DNA of 64,000 nucleotides from IMG/VR virus record IMGVR_UViG_3300028800_000073, positions 1-64,000 of that record. One strand, written 5' to 3'. Below are positions 21,202-31,684 of the stretch, in pieces (position 1 is the first letter of the stretch; every line of letters starts with the position of its first letter). The notes beneath the pieces are model-generated. The model made no database searches, was not told the origin of the DNA, and was given only the letters and a program-made list of their open reading frames with translations. Origin of the DNA: a virus. Position numbers and translations under genes: made by a program.

Positions 21202-22315
21202 TGATGGTTTCCACGAGGATGCGGGCTGCTTCTACTATGTGAATATCTTTGCCTTTAAACTCATCTAGCTTCAATCGTAGCGGAGGATGAGAGTTACAGG
21301 CTCCTGTGATCAGGCTTCCCAGGTAATCGCCGTCTGGATTGTCTTTAGCTAGCTCTTTCTTCATCTGGAGCTTAATGGTAGCCAGCATAGGCAGGCTCTT
21401 CTCATCGGCCTTGGGGATGACTAAGGTGGTCTCGTCGATCTTACCCCTTACAGTGGCTGAATCTATAACCATTGCGAGATACTCAAGACAAGCGTGTGCT
21501 ACTTCACCGATATTGGAGTTTTCCAGGTTCTTGCCCAATTCCGGGCGATCCTGGTAGACCATATCCATCTTGTCATCGAGTTCCTTGAACCGGATACGAC
21601 AGAGCTTGATGGTCTCTCTCAGGCGATAATCGGCTTCCTTCTTCTCTTCATCGGTACCGCTGCGGGCCTTCATGTACCCGTCAAGTTCTTCAGCGATATC
21701 GGTATGACAGACCTTAATGACTTCCAGTAGAAGCGGGTTCATCGCCCCTTCTGTAGCTGGCGCCTTAGACGGGGCAGCTGCCTCGACTCTGAATGCGGGT
21801 GGGATCGGAACAATGAATGCCAGTGCCCAATCTCTGGCCCACAGTAGCTTGCTGACTTCGATTGGGAGGTATCTCTGGCCGTCATCGAATCCGATGGGCT
21901 GATAGACATCCTTACCGACCTTCGCGAATACTGCTCCGGCGTCTTTGGGGTCACTGAAGAACCCGGTCTGCTCCCATGGCCGATCACCGTTCTGCCGAGA
22001 CAGTGTAGCCCCGGTCTTGAAGGTGGCGGCGAAGAGCTTCTCTAGGGCTCTACGTACTTTCCCAGGTAGATCCTCTACGGGGTCCTTGTTGAACTCGTTT
22101 ACAACTAGCTCAACCATACCGTCAGTTACGAAGGACTCTGGCTTCATGGAGTTAGCGTGAATATTGGTTAGCCAGCTAAATAGGCGATCATGCGACGCCT
22201 TGGCTTCGTCACTCATAGCCGGATTAGCGTCAGCCATCTCGAAAGCCTTGTCGGAGTGGCTCTTGATCTGCTTATCGTAATCGGCGTGCTTGGCGTGTGG
22301 CGCGGTCTTGGTCAT
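21185..22315 (-). CDS. Hypothetical protein
   Basis: 376 aa ORF in a coupled series. Confidence 0.6.
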   Translation of the reverse strand: MTKTAPHAKHADYDKQIKSHSDKAFEMADANPAMSDEAKASHDRLFSWLTNIHANSMKPESFVTDGMVELVVNEFNKDPVEDLPGKVRRALEKLFAATFKTGATLSRQNGDRPWEQTGFFSDPKDAGAVFAKVGKDVYQPIGFDDGQRYLPIEVSKLLWARDWALAFIVPIPPAFRVEAAAPSKAPATEGAMNPLLLEVIKVCHTDIAEELDGYMKARSGTDEEKKEADYRLRETIKLCRIRFKELDDKMDMVYQDRPELGKNLENSNIGEVAHACLEYLAMVIDSATVRGKIDETTLVIPKADEKSLPMLATIKLQMKKELAKDNPDGDYLGSLITGACNSHPPLRLKLDEFKGKDIHIVEAARILVETINDSTT

Positions 22316-22698
22316 TTTTATCCTATATAGGTCTTGTTATCGTTTCCGTACCGTTTACCGGATGGCTTAACGGCGTCACATTGTTGTACCATCAACTCGA
22401 ACTCTACGGCGTCTGATTGGGCGATTCTGACATTGGCACTTCTGAACTGTAGCAACCTTGGGCTTGCTGCATCAGAAAATGTCAATCTCGAAATAACTCC
22501 GTCAGTGTGATCGATGCAGTACCACCTGAAAAGGTGCTTACCGAATATGGTGTAGAGATAGAGTCTAAATGCTGATGGTGGCTCTTCTTCTGTCGTGAAG
22601 ATGCCACCGATTTCATGCAGTAAATTATCTGTTAATGCACCTTTAGCAATCGCTACTTCGTCCAGCGATTTCGACGTTATCGATACAAGCATCGGTTC

Positions 22699-23226
22699 TC
22701 ATGGGAGGGTTTCAACGAGATAACCGTAATACGCAATAATCAATGCTTCAGCCATGCCATCTGAAGGGACACGGCACCCCTTGGGGATCAGATTCACCGT
22801 GGGGAACTTCTTCTGTGCCCACTCGATAGCGGCCTTCTTCTGAATCACTTTACGCTTTGCCTTATCCTCAACGTCTTTACCCATATAGACATTGTCAGCA
22901 ATAAGCGTTTTCTTCTTCCATGCCTGCGGGCTGACGTAGACGCTACGGATACTTGAAGAACCAACGACACCTTCAAGCTTCCCTAGGTTGCGTCCAAATT
23001 GAAAGCTAGAGGCTACACCTTGGCCAGGCATGCTATGCACGGATTCAATGTAAATTACATCGCTCTCCATCGCAGCCCAGGAACGATGGTCACCGAGCCA
23101 ATCATGTAGCGCCTTGATGTCAATTTGGTTATTACCATCCAGGGGCGTTGGTATGGCTTCGACGCGTTCTCCGTCGATCATAGCTATACCACCACTAGCC
23201 CCTGGATCAGCGCCGAATATCTTCAT
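22699..23226 (-). CDS. ruvC: RuvC-like Holliday junction resolvase
   Basis: GADPGASGG, IESVHSMPGQG, FQFG, PQAWKK and DGMAEALIIA. Confidence 0.88.
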   Translation of the reverse strand: MKIFGADPGASGGIAMIDGERVEAIPTPLDGNNQIDIKALHDWLGDHRSWAAMESDVIYIESVHSMPGQGVASSFQFGRNLGKLEGVVGSSSIRSVYVSPQAWKKKTLIADNVYMGKDVEDKAKRKVIQKKAAIEWAQKKFPTVNLIPKGCRVPSDGMAEALIIAYYGYLVETLP

Positions 23227-23893
23227 CTAAAGTCCTGGGGTACATCCAATATCTCACTCCACACCCTGGAGGACTCCTCGCCTTGTCTACCGCAGAGGTA
23301 CTCGTCACCGAGCCATAGGGTGCCGTCATTGCAAAGAGCTACAATAAACGAATGACACTGGGTACTAGGATTGTTATTTACCCCAGTGACAGCAATCTGG
23401 ATTATCTTACGGACTTCGCCCATTACTTCTTCGCTGGCACGAGTACTGAGACGGCTTGCTTCCAGACGTCTCTAACGGAGTACACCGTTGATACGAACTG
23501 GAACTCGGCTGGCTCCGGGATCTTCTTCATGGTCCCGAGATCGTAGACCGCAATCCCTTGCTCTGAGTTGCTTGGCATCAACAGGTCGGAGCCGTTGACG
23601 AATGCCACGGCGTCCTGTTGGAGATCGGCTTCACTACGGGTCTTTAAGACATTGATGATCTTAAGGATGTAGGTCCACTTGACTCCGCCGACTAGCATCA
23701 GCAGAGCGATCATGGAGATAACGTAGACCCTGAGCATGGGACCGTCGTACTCTTCACCGGCCACCATATCGAGACACGTCCTAAATTCAGCCTCGTGCTC
23801 AGCCATGTTCATAGACGTCAGGTACTTGATAACCAAGTCCGGAGCTATGGGCTCGCCTTGAGGCTGTATGATGTCATCGAAGTTCACCATGAC

Positions 23894-24181
23894 TTAGATT
23901 CTCGGGCAAAGCCGGAAATCCTGCTCGTAAGCAATGATCGGGCTCGTACGATCCTCTGCCGTAGCTAGTACGGGGCGCGGGCCACCACGGACTTCCATAC
24001 CATGGCTTGGGGCGTTCTTCTTGACCCAGGTATCATTGAGGTCGTGCTTGACCGCTAGTGATCTGATGTAGTTGATAACGTCGGAGGGATTAGCCTTCTC
24101 TGGGATAGGCATCTTGACGGTAATAACGAAGGCGCCGGACGGCTTTTCTGGGGCGATGACTTCGTAGTTAAAAGTAAGCAT
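23894..24181 (-). CDS. Hypothetical protein
   Basis: Likely start at ATG 24181 with an AAAGGA RBS. Confidence 0.55.
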   Translation of the reverse strand: MLTFNYEVIAPEKPSGAFVITVKMPIPEKANPSDVINYIRSLAVKHDLNDTWVKKNAPSHGMEVRGGPRPVLATAEDRTSPIIAYEQDFRLCPRI

Positions 24182-24208
24182 GTGGAATCCTTTAATGGGT
24201 TCGCGGTG

Positions 24209-24236
24209 ACTGTACAACTGGAATAGGTCTTGTCAA
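24209..24236 (-). promoter_or_regulatory. Candidate sigma70-like promoter
   Basis: TTGACA-16 bp-TACAGT upstream of the ATG at 24181. Confidence 0.45.
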
Positions 24237-26157
24237 TAGAGTCATTTTGCCTCTGGTTCTACTTCGTCGAGGAATTCTAGCCCCTCGGGAAGTCTCCATT
24301 TCTGGGTGTCCAAACATGCAAGTCCTGACACAGGCTGCACTTCGACACCTTTATCAGAGGCGACAGACAGTTGTCGTGTCGTGAACTCTGATCTAATGAC
24401 CTTACTGATCTCACATAGGCTAGCGATCTGTGCTTCGTGGCGTTCGGTTTGTGTTACGATGAACTTCTCGATATGTGTGGTAACTGATTCGCTGAACAGC
24501 CATTCGAACTCCGCAAAGGTCTTCCAGCCTCTGGGGGTCAGTACGAAGCGCATGTTCCTGTTGCTGATAGCGATTCGCTCTATCTTCGGGGCAGCAACCT
24601 CGGCTTCATAGATCATTGAGAATCTATCTATTGCCCACTTTCCCGTCTCACTAGTCAGCGATACCCATTGAAGCGCGTTCTTGCGATACAGGTTCCAGAA
24701 CACGCCGCCAAGGGATCTACAGGTCTTCATCAAGTGTTCCCTCGCCTTAGCGGTGAAGTCACTGGACAAGGTACCGATAAACCTGATATCCTCTGGCGGA
24801 TAGATAAACAACTTAGTGATTAAGGCTGGACTAATAGTGCCTACAAAATCATATGGGGCTGCGCCATTGAGATATACTTCATCGTCCCGTAATTCAATCG
24901 TGCCGTTAGTCATCGTCTCGACGTTCTTCGTCTTCATCGTGGTACTTTCTCTTTGTGCTTCTCTTAGAGCACATTAGGTCATCGCGATCCCGCTTCTTCG
25001 GAGTTTGACCGTACTCCAACTGGAACCTCGCCAGCGTAAGGGAATCTACTTTGCAATTTGACATTTTGGCAAGTATTTTCTTGAGTACTTCATCCATGCT
25101 ATAGCTCATATAGGCTATGGACTTCGCGTACATTTCCGGGGTTGTACCGGTTGGTAGTTCTTGGATGCAGTTGTTGAGTTGGAACAGCGACGTTCGGATC
25201 GCTGGGTTCTGCGACCGAGCTAACGTCTTAAGGTGTCGTATAGCTGTTCTGATGGCTTGGATGATTCTGCTGTGCTCCGTAGGCAGCTCGCTGTTTAACC
25301 GAGCAACGTACTGGACTTTGATGTCACCGTCACGGTACTTGATGTCTTGTTTGATAACCGTCTTTTTACGGGCCATACTAGACTCCATCTAATGTAAGGG
25401 GTAGCCTATCATCGATACGGGCAATATCGAGATCAGCACTGACAACGGACTCTACGGTAAAGTTGATCTTACGCCCTTTGATGATAGCCAATATGTGCTC
25501 GGATCGCATGAGGTTAGCCAGTGAAGCTAAACCGTCATCATTGATGTCATAATCGAAGACATGTGGTTTAGACCCGTCAGTGAGAGCAAACGCGAATACG
25601 CGCTCCGGTGACTCCTTGGCGATGGATAAACCGCCATAGGTCATCGTAACTGGGACCTCCCCTAATTTGGTACGGGTCAAGTGCATTGTGTATTAACAAC
25701 TAGGGGCTCACCGGGGACGTTGCGCTCTACAACAAACAAGTCACCTCCGAGTCGTTTAGGGAGAACCATGAGCACAGTCACTGGGGATATCCCATTGAAT
25801 GGGTCCAGTATCGGTACCGGTTCAAACCGTAGGACCCACCGCTCGGTCATATCTCGGCGGAACTCAAAGGACTCCAAGTACGATAGACAGAACAATGAAT
25901 CAGCTTTGGAGATACCTTGAATCGACTGAAACCATGGGCCGTACTGCTCCCATGGGGTGACAAACAACTGCTTCGGTGCTAGGTGCGACACCACTGGTAC
26001 AGGCAAGTTGCGAGCCCAAGAACAGAGATCAAATAGAGATTTATCCATTCTAAGCTGCATATAAGCAAGACCGGGGATGACCCAACACATTCCTGGGTCC
26101 AAGCGGTCAGGCGCCTTGTGATATTGCTCGCTGTGCTTTGGGACATTTGTTAATACC

Positions 26158-26985
26158 CTATCCCCTTGATGTGGCTTCGGCAGTGGATCTTTCTGGAGCA
26201 GCTTTGGCGGCTCCTCCATCCACTTGAGATCTTCTACCATGCTGGATCCTTATATATGATGCGTCGCATTGTGTAGAAGTCTTCATACATTCACTACAAT
26301 CATTGTCAAGTCCCTGTGGGCACTCAGGTCCTTCTCTGTGAAGCTTATCGTATCGGGTCCTTAACTTGAGGATGCCGACGTTACGCTTCTTCATGTGTTT
26401 AGAGATCTGCCACTCCGATATATCTGTTTGGCCCTCATCACGTTGTGATGGTACAAGTAGCCCCGATATCCTCAGCCCCAGGAAGATCTTGGGCTCATAG
26501 GGGTAGTTCATTCTTTTGTTGAACCCTATTTGATACGCCAGAAAGCTGAGCCATCCCATAGGGAACTTCCTCGTAATAACGTGCCCAGCCGCTGTCCCAG
26601 ACAGACACAGGAACGAGAACTGTTGACCTTTCTCGCTATCCTTCCATATAGCATCTTGAATCGCTACAATCTCCATAGGAACCCATTCCGGGGTTACTAT
26701 GTTACGGAACACCGGTACTACCCTAGCCTCTAGCTCCTGTACCCTAGCAGCTATTTGCCGTGACAGCAAATCTGCTGTCTTAATCGTCAGTACCTGGGAC
26801 TCGTACTGAAGGATCATGGGGTAGACGTTTTCGTAGATCTCGAACTTCTCAAATATGTAGTCAGCTCGCCTAGCCAACTGCCGGGCTAGGTCCTTGGAGA
26901 TAATAGCATTCTCAAAAGGTAGAAAAGCGCTGAACAAGTCAGCCGACTTCTTTTCTACCTTCTTGAGTTCACGGGCCTCAGACAT
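26158..26985 (-). CDS. Hypothetical protein with a C-terminal Cys cluster
   Basis: CPQGLDNDCSECMKTSTQC. Confidence 0.55.
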   Translation of the reverse strand: MSEARELKKVEKKSADLFSAFLPFENAIISKDLARQLARRADYIFEKFEIYENVYPMILQYESQVLTIKTADLLSRQIAARVQELEARVVPVFRNIVTPEWVPMEIVAIQDAIWKDSEKGQQFSFLCLSGTAAGHVITRKFPMGWLSFLAYQIGFNKRMNYPYEPKIFLGLRISGLLVPSQRDEGQTDISEWQISKHMKKRNVGILKLRTRYDKLHREGPECPQGLDNDCSECMKTSTQCDASYIRIQHGRRSQVDGGAAKAAPERSTAEATSRG

Positions 26986-27190
26986 TAGGTCTTAACCGCT
27001 CTGTTAGGATTCGGCTCTGGCCAATCCGCTACAGTGGAGTCGTGGGGTGTAAATGGCTTATCTAGCTTAAGATTATCGACATACACAATTTCACCCATCT
27101 GAGTTTGACACTCAGAAACTAGAGGCCCTTTAGTCAGCATCCGTACTATAAATGGTGCTGGACGATAAAACGCGAATTCGCCTTCTTCCA

Positions 27191-28069
27191 TTACTCCTCC
27201 GACTTAGTTTCGTCTAGTAAGATCTGGAGCGGCTCAATGACGGCCTGGAGAGCTGACTTGAGATTGGCTACGTGTTCCTTGAAATTCTTCTGTGCCCTAT
27301 CGCTGTCGAAGCCACGCTTTGTCATCTCCTTCAATACGATTAGGACATCAGGCACTTCAGTAATGGCTCGGCTAATCAGCTTCTCCATTGACGCCAGGGT
27401 CTTCAGGGGATGCGGTATAGCTATGGGCTCAGCACGCTCGACATTGGCTGGCTTAGCCTTCTCCTCGGGCTTCTTAGCCTCTGGGGCTTTAGCCTCTTCT
27501 GGGGTACCAGCTACTGGCCCCTCCCCTCCCTCAACCGGTGGGAACCCTGAGGTAGTCTCAGCCTTGGGGCTAGAGACCTCAGCAATCTTTGTAATAGCCT
27601 TATCCCGGGCCTCTTCCTTGATAATGCTGTCTAGCTCCCGGGTACTAACAATAGTCCCGTCTTCATGGGCTAGCTTAGCCATAACCTTGGCTCTTAGGCC
27701 ATCGCTGAGGACGAACAGGGACTTAGCATGGGTAACGGTGAAACCGTGCTCCGCTAAGGCCATTAGGTCGTCAACATCGCTGTAATCATCATAAATGCTC
27801 TTGGCCCAGTAGAGGAACCGCTTGCCGTCCTTGATATCAACTAGTAAGCCCCTATCAGATAGGTCCTCGGCTAGCTGATCAACGGTGCGCTCTCCATAGG
27901 CGTTCCGTGGCACTCCTTCTGTGAACTCGTTGAAGAGTTCCCCGATCCCATGGTATCGCTTAAGATTGTCAGCTTCACCACCACGTGCTGTGGCAGCGAA
28001 CTTGTCTAGAAGGGCCTTATAGGTTTTGTCGGCTACGCTTAGTGCGGTCATATTCATCCTTATTGGCAA
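27191..28069 (-). CDS. Hypothetical protein with a possible DUF1016/YhcG-N-like DNA-binding region
   Basis: YHGIGEL...YGERTVDQLAEDL resembles the DUF1016 N-terminal pattern; weak match. Confidence 0.4.
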   Translation of the reverse strand: MPIRMNMTALSVADKTYKALLDKFAATARGGEADNLKRYHGIGELFNEFTEGVPRNAYGERTVDQLAEDLSDRGLLVDIKDGKRFLYWAKSIYDDYSDVDDLMALAEHGFTVTHAKSLFVLSDGLRAKVMAKLAHEDGTIVSTRELDSIIKEEARDKAITKIAEVSSPKAETTSGFPPVEGGEGPVAGTPEEAKAPEAKKPEEKAKPANVERAEPIAIPHPLKTLASMEKLISRAITEVPDVLIVLKEMTKRGFDSDRAQKNFKEHVANLKSALQAVIEPLQILLDETKSEE

Positions 28070-28950
28070 ATCCCACTACCCCCTCTGAACCGTTAGCCAC
28101 AGCGGCATTCAGACAGGCGTCCAGAAGTAGGGTTAGTGGGGTATCTCCGTTATTCTCTTCACGATTCAGCTCATATACAAGATCTTCTGCTAATCGCTTG
28201 GCATCAACTACTTTAAAGAACGGCTCACCGAAATCGTCTCGACACTCCTGCGGCCAGATCTCTCTGCGCTCCAATGCTTCGCGGCGGATCTCGATAACAA
28301 TCTTGTTGCCTACTATTTTAGCTAGACTCACAAGAGCTTGCTTTCGTAGTTGTCACCGAACATATTCTTGAAGTAGTCCTTAAACGGGACTATATGCAGT
28401 GTATCGCCTTCAAGGTTCCACTCTGGGATCCGAATCGATGGGCCGTAGCTATACGGATAACTCGTCATGACAAACCGCCCCATGGCATGATGCTTGAACA
28501 CCATGATATGGTTTACGGTATCTAGAGTTTCACCACTGGCTGCTGGGCCGGCGATAAATGCGTCGAGCAAGTCCGATTTGTTGGGGTTCAGCAACAGGTC
28601 TTCGAAGTTGTACTTGAAGCACCGCGTAGTCCAGAGGTAGACGTCGTCGCTACTCAGGATATGCGTGGTGATCCAGTCGGTGCCGAAGGCTGGCCCTAAC
28701 TCGTCTTCTAAAGCGTTGATCTTCCCAGTTGGGATCCCTAATTGTTTCAGAATCATCTTCGACGTTGATACATCGAAGTTCTCTAGCTTCTCGGCTTCGG
28801 ATAGAGATCCGAAAGCCGATGCTACTGGGTCGTCCATGTTAGTCCCTATCATCCTCGGGTTGGGCTTCTAAGCCGTTATCGTAAATGTCGTCTTCGTAAT
28901 CATCGGGATACACTACTGGAGGCTTCGGGATTTCGGGAATATCAACGTGA

Positions 28951-30210
28951 TCACTTGGCTTCATCTTCCTCTCCCCCGCCGAGTTCTACGTCGGCTTCTT
29001 GGATATCGGGATACTTGAAAATGCGAAGGAATTTCGTGACCTTCTCCAGAACTTCTGGATTGCTACGAACTGCCTTACCGAACTCCGTCAAGGACACACC
29101 CTCAAGGTTCAACTCAGGGCACTTGACCTCGTTGGTCTTTGGCTGAGTGAATGCTAGAGTGGCTTTCAGACGGTCTCTATCAAATGCGTGGAGCATCTTA
29201 TCGTTGATCAACATCTCAACGAGTAGTCTGCCTAGAGCACCATCCCAGTCGTACCACATGAGCTGCTGCATCGTACCGTCTTCCTTCTCGGTGTACTGCC
29301 AGAGTACATCGACACCTAATTGACGGTGATCCGGACCAAGGCATGATCTCTCGGTCTGGAGCCACAGGGTGTAACCCTCAACTGGTGGACCTTCAACGCG
29401 TGCCGCTGGGTGAGTAGCCTTATCATAGGCTGAACCCTTACGGACTCTCAAGTGGACGCTACCTTGATACGATGAAATAGCTGCCCCAGACTCCTTATAC
29501 GCTGGACCACCGTAGCCCGGAGGGGCGCCTAGGTCTTGTACGAGGTGTTGGACATAACCGATATTGGCAGTTGTGCCAATCAGCCCGGTCCCCTTGAAGA
29601 ACCGTGTAATCTGAGCTGCTTCAACGGGGAATGCTCTGGCGTCAGCAGATCCTTCTTTCTTGATCTTCTCTGCGGTGGCGTCTGAGGATTTACCGTTAAG
29701 CGAATCGATAGTAATCAAGATAGGGATACGCTGGCCCTTGGGGCGATCAGCAACCTTCTTGGCTCTCTTAATAGCAGCGGTAACCATGCTCTGCCATTCC
29801 TCGACAGAGTTCGTCTCCTTGAAGATACGCCGGGTACCAGCTAGCTTAGCGATTTCTGGATCATAAGCGGTCATGGCATCAAGCATTGACGCTGATGTCT
29901 TACCTTCGTTATCCAATGCAATGTGCATACCACCGGCTCTGAGGTACCAGTTGCCGATGTCCATCAGCAGTGTCGATTTAAACGACTTCGGTAACCCTGA
30001 GATGCCGATATGCCGTTGTGATGGCAATACGTTGATACCACCGACTAGCCATTGAAATGCCAAGTGAGGGATCAATGGACCCCAGGTATGCTCGGCGTGC
30101 TCACCTTGGAGATAAGCTTTAGAACCGGTTCCTTCTTTGTTTAAGTCACCGATGAGGGACTGCGTGATATCGTCGATATCACTGACTGGAGTAGACTTAG
30201 GTCTCGCCAT
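28951..30210 (-). CDS. recA: RecA-like recombinase
   Basis: Walker A GLPKSFKST, LDNE, ITIDSL (Walker B) and ESGA...S...SVHLRV. Confidence 0.8.
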   Translation of the reverse strand: MARPKSTPVSDIDDITQSLIGDLNKEGTGSKAYLQGEHAEHTWGPLIPHLAFQWLVGGINVLPSQRHIGISGLPKSFKSTLLMDIGNWYLRAGGMHIALDNEGKTSASMLDAMTAYDPEIAKLAGTRRIFKETNSVEEWQSMVTAAIKRAKKVADRPKGQRIPILITIDSLNGKSSDATAEKIKKEGSADARAFPVEAAQITRFFKGTGLIGTTANIGYVQHLVQDLGAPPGYGGPAYKESGAAISSYQGSVHLRVRKGSAYDKATHPAARVEGPPVEGYTLWLQTERSCLGPDHRQLGVDVLWQYTEKEDGTMQQLMWYDWDGALGRLLVEMLINDKMLHAFDRDRLKATLAFTQPKTNEVKCPELNLEGVSLTEFGKAVRSNPEVLEKVTKFLRIFKYPDIQEADVELGGGEEDEAK

Positions 30211-30390
30211 GTTGTTCCTTAGTGTTTTTGATAAGCAGAAATGTAACTAAAAAGATTGCTGGCCAAATAACTACCCAGGCCATCGCTTGGCCGAATAGAG
30301 TTGAATCAGAAACCAGATGCCGTGTGAATCCTGTAGCCTCGTTAAACGCTTCTTTAGGCGTCATATAACCTTTATTAAAAGTGTTTGCGC

Positions 30391-30432
30391 AAACACAAAC
30401 ACCCCCTCAGGCAATGCGCCTGAGAGGGCTTG
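30391..30432 (-). terminator. Rho-independent terminator after the putative SSB
   Basis: Minus strand CCCTCTCAGGC-gcatt-GCCTGAGGGGG then TGTTTGTGTTT. Confidence 0.65.
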
Positions 30433-30442
30433 GTGTTTTAGC

Positions 30443-31591
30443 TTACAGGTCGCCTAGCAGCTTCTTGTACTGCTCGGTCAGTTCCTCAGCCGTCATGTTC
30501 TTCGTATCCTTAGCCGAGGATCCCGCTGCGGCACTAGCTGCGGCTGCGGCGGCTGCCGGAGCTGGAGCGGGTGCTGGGGCATTCGCCTCAACGTCTTCTG
30601 GCTCACCCTCAATCACTGGGGCGCCAGTATCCTCTAGAGCCAGCTCCTTGCCGCTGACAACCTTTGTCTCAGCTGGCTTCGACGCTGCTGGTGCTGGAGT
30701 ACTAATTGCACTAGCTACCGCCGCTGACACTACGGTCGTTGAGCGGATATGCATCGCTACTTCGTCGGGGAACGCGAATTCAACGATATCCCGACCAAAC
30801 AGCTTAATCGCGATCTGTAGGTTCTCCGCAGTGGTGTACCGCTTGAACGCAGTCTCCCATGGGGTCCACAGCTTCTTGGCAGTATCCTCAGAAATCGGTA
30901 GCTGCTTCCCTAGTTCGACTACATACATCGGAACGTGGCGACCCTGTGACGGATCCTTAGGAAGGCCCTTGATGATAATGCTATAACCTTCCTTAGCTGA
31001 GAAGATATCCTTACCTTCTTTAGCCCACTTCTCAGCTAGTGCAAACAATTGGCCAACTGCCGGCTTGGTCAAGCACAGTGCCTGACGGCTACGGGGCTTG
31101 TCAAAGGGCTTGCTATTCAGCGATAGCCCGATGCCTTGGATGAAACCATTCTCCGCAGCGCGAGGCAGGTAACTGAAGCTACCGTCACCCTTCGGATTTG
31201 GACGCGACAGCAGAAGGTCGTTGACCTTAGTCTGAAGCTCCATCGGCACCTTGTTGTTCTTCACCTTGTTCTTGATCCGGATATACATACCGCTCATGAT
31301 ATGCCCAACGGCGTTCATATCAGGGGTAGCATCGGATGCCTTGCACAAGCCGGAGAACTTCGAGGTATTACCGGCGTTGATGCAGACATCTTCCATGACC
31401 AGATTCGATAGGTCAGGACCGCCTGGGGTCATAGCCTTAACCATTGGTAGGGCTACACCGTCTACGTACTCTGCAATCGGCCGGAATTCAGTAATTGCCG
31501 AGGTAGTCGGCTTGAGCACCCCTAGTGTGCCATCTTTGAAACACTGTTGGTAAAAACCCTTTTTCTCAGTGCTGTTGTTAAAAGTAGTCAT
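30443..31591 (-). CDS. Putative single-stranded DNA-binding protein
   Basis: Lies between recA and polA, has an Ala/Pro-rich flexible C-terminus and its own terminator. No diagnostic motif, so this is a positional inference. Confidence 0.4.
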   Translation of the reverse strand: MTTFNNSTEKKGFYQQCFKDGTLGVLKPTTSAITEFRPIAEYVDGVALPMVKAMTPGGPDLSNLVMEDVCINAGNTSKFSGLCKASDATPDMNAVGHIMSGMYIRIKNKVKNNKVPMELQTKVNDLLLSRPNPKGDGSFSYLPRAAENGFIQGIGLSLNSKPFDKPRSRQALCLTKPAVGQLFALAEKWAKEGKDIFSAKEGYSIIIKGLPKDPSQGRHVPMYVVELGKQLPISEDTAKKLWTPWETAFKRYTTAENLQIAIKLFGRDIVEFAFPDEVAMHIRSTTVVSAAVASAISTPAPAASKPAETKVVSGKELALEDTGAPVIEGEPEDVEANAPAPAPAPAAAAAAASAAAGSSAKDTKNMTAEELTEQYKKLLGDL

Positions 31592-31684
31592 TTTGTTTTC
31601 CTTAGTTTAAGGTGGTTAACGTGTGTCACTACTCACATGAGCAGCGGCACCGGCCACGATACACCATTTCGTACGAAGTCAATA

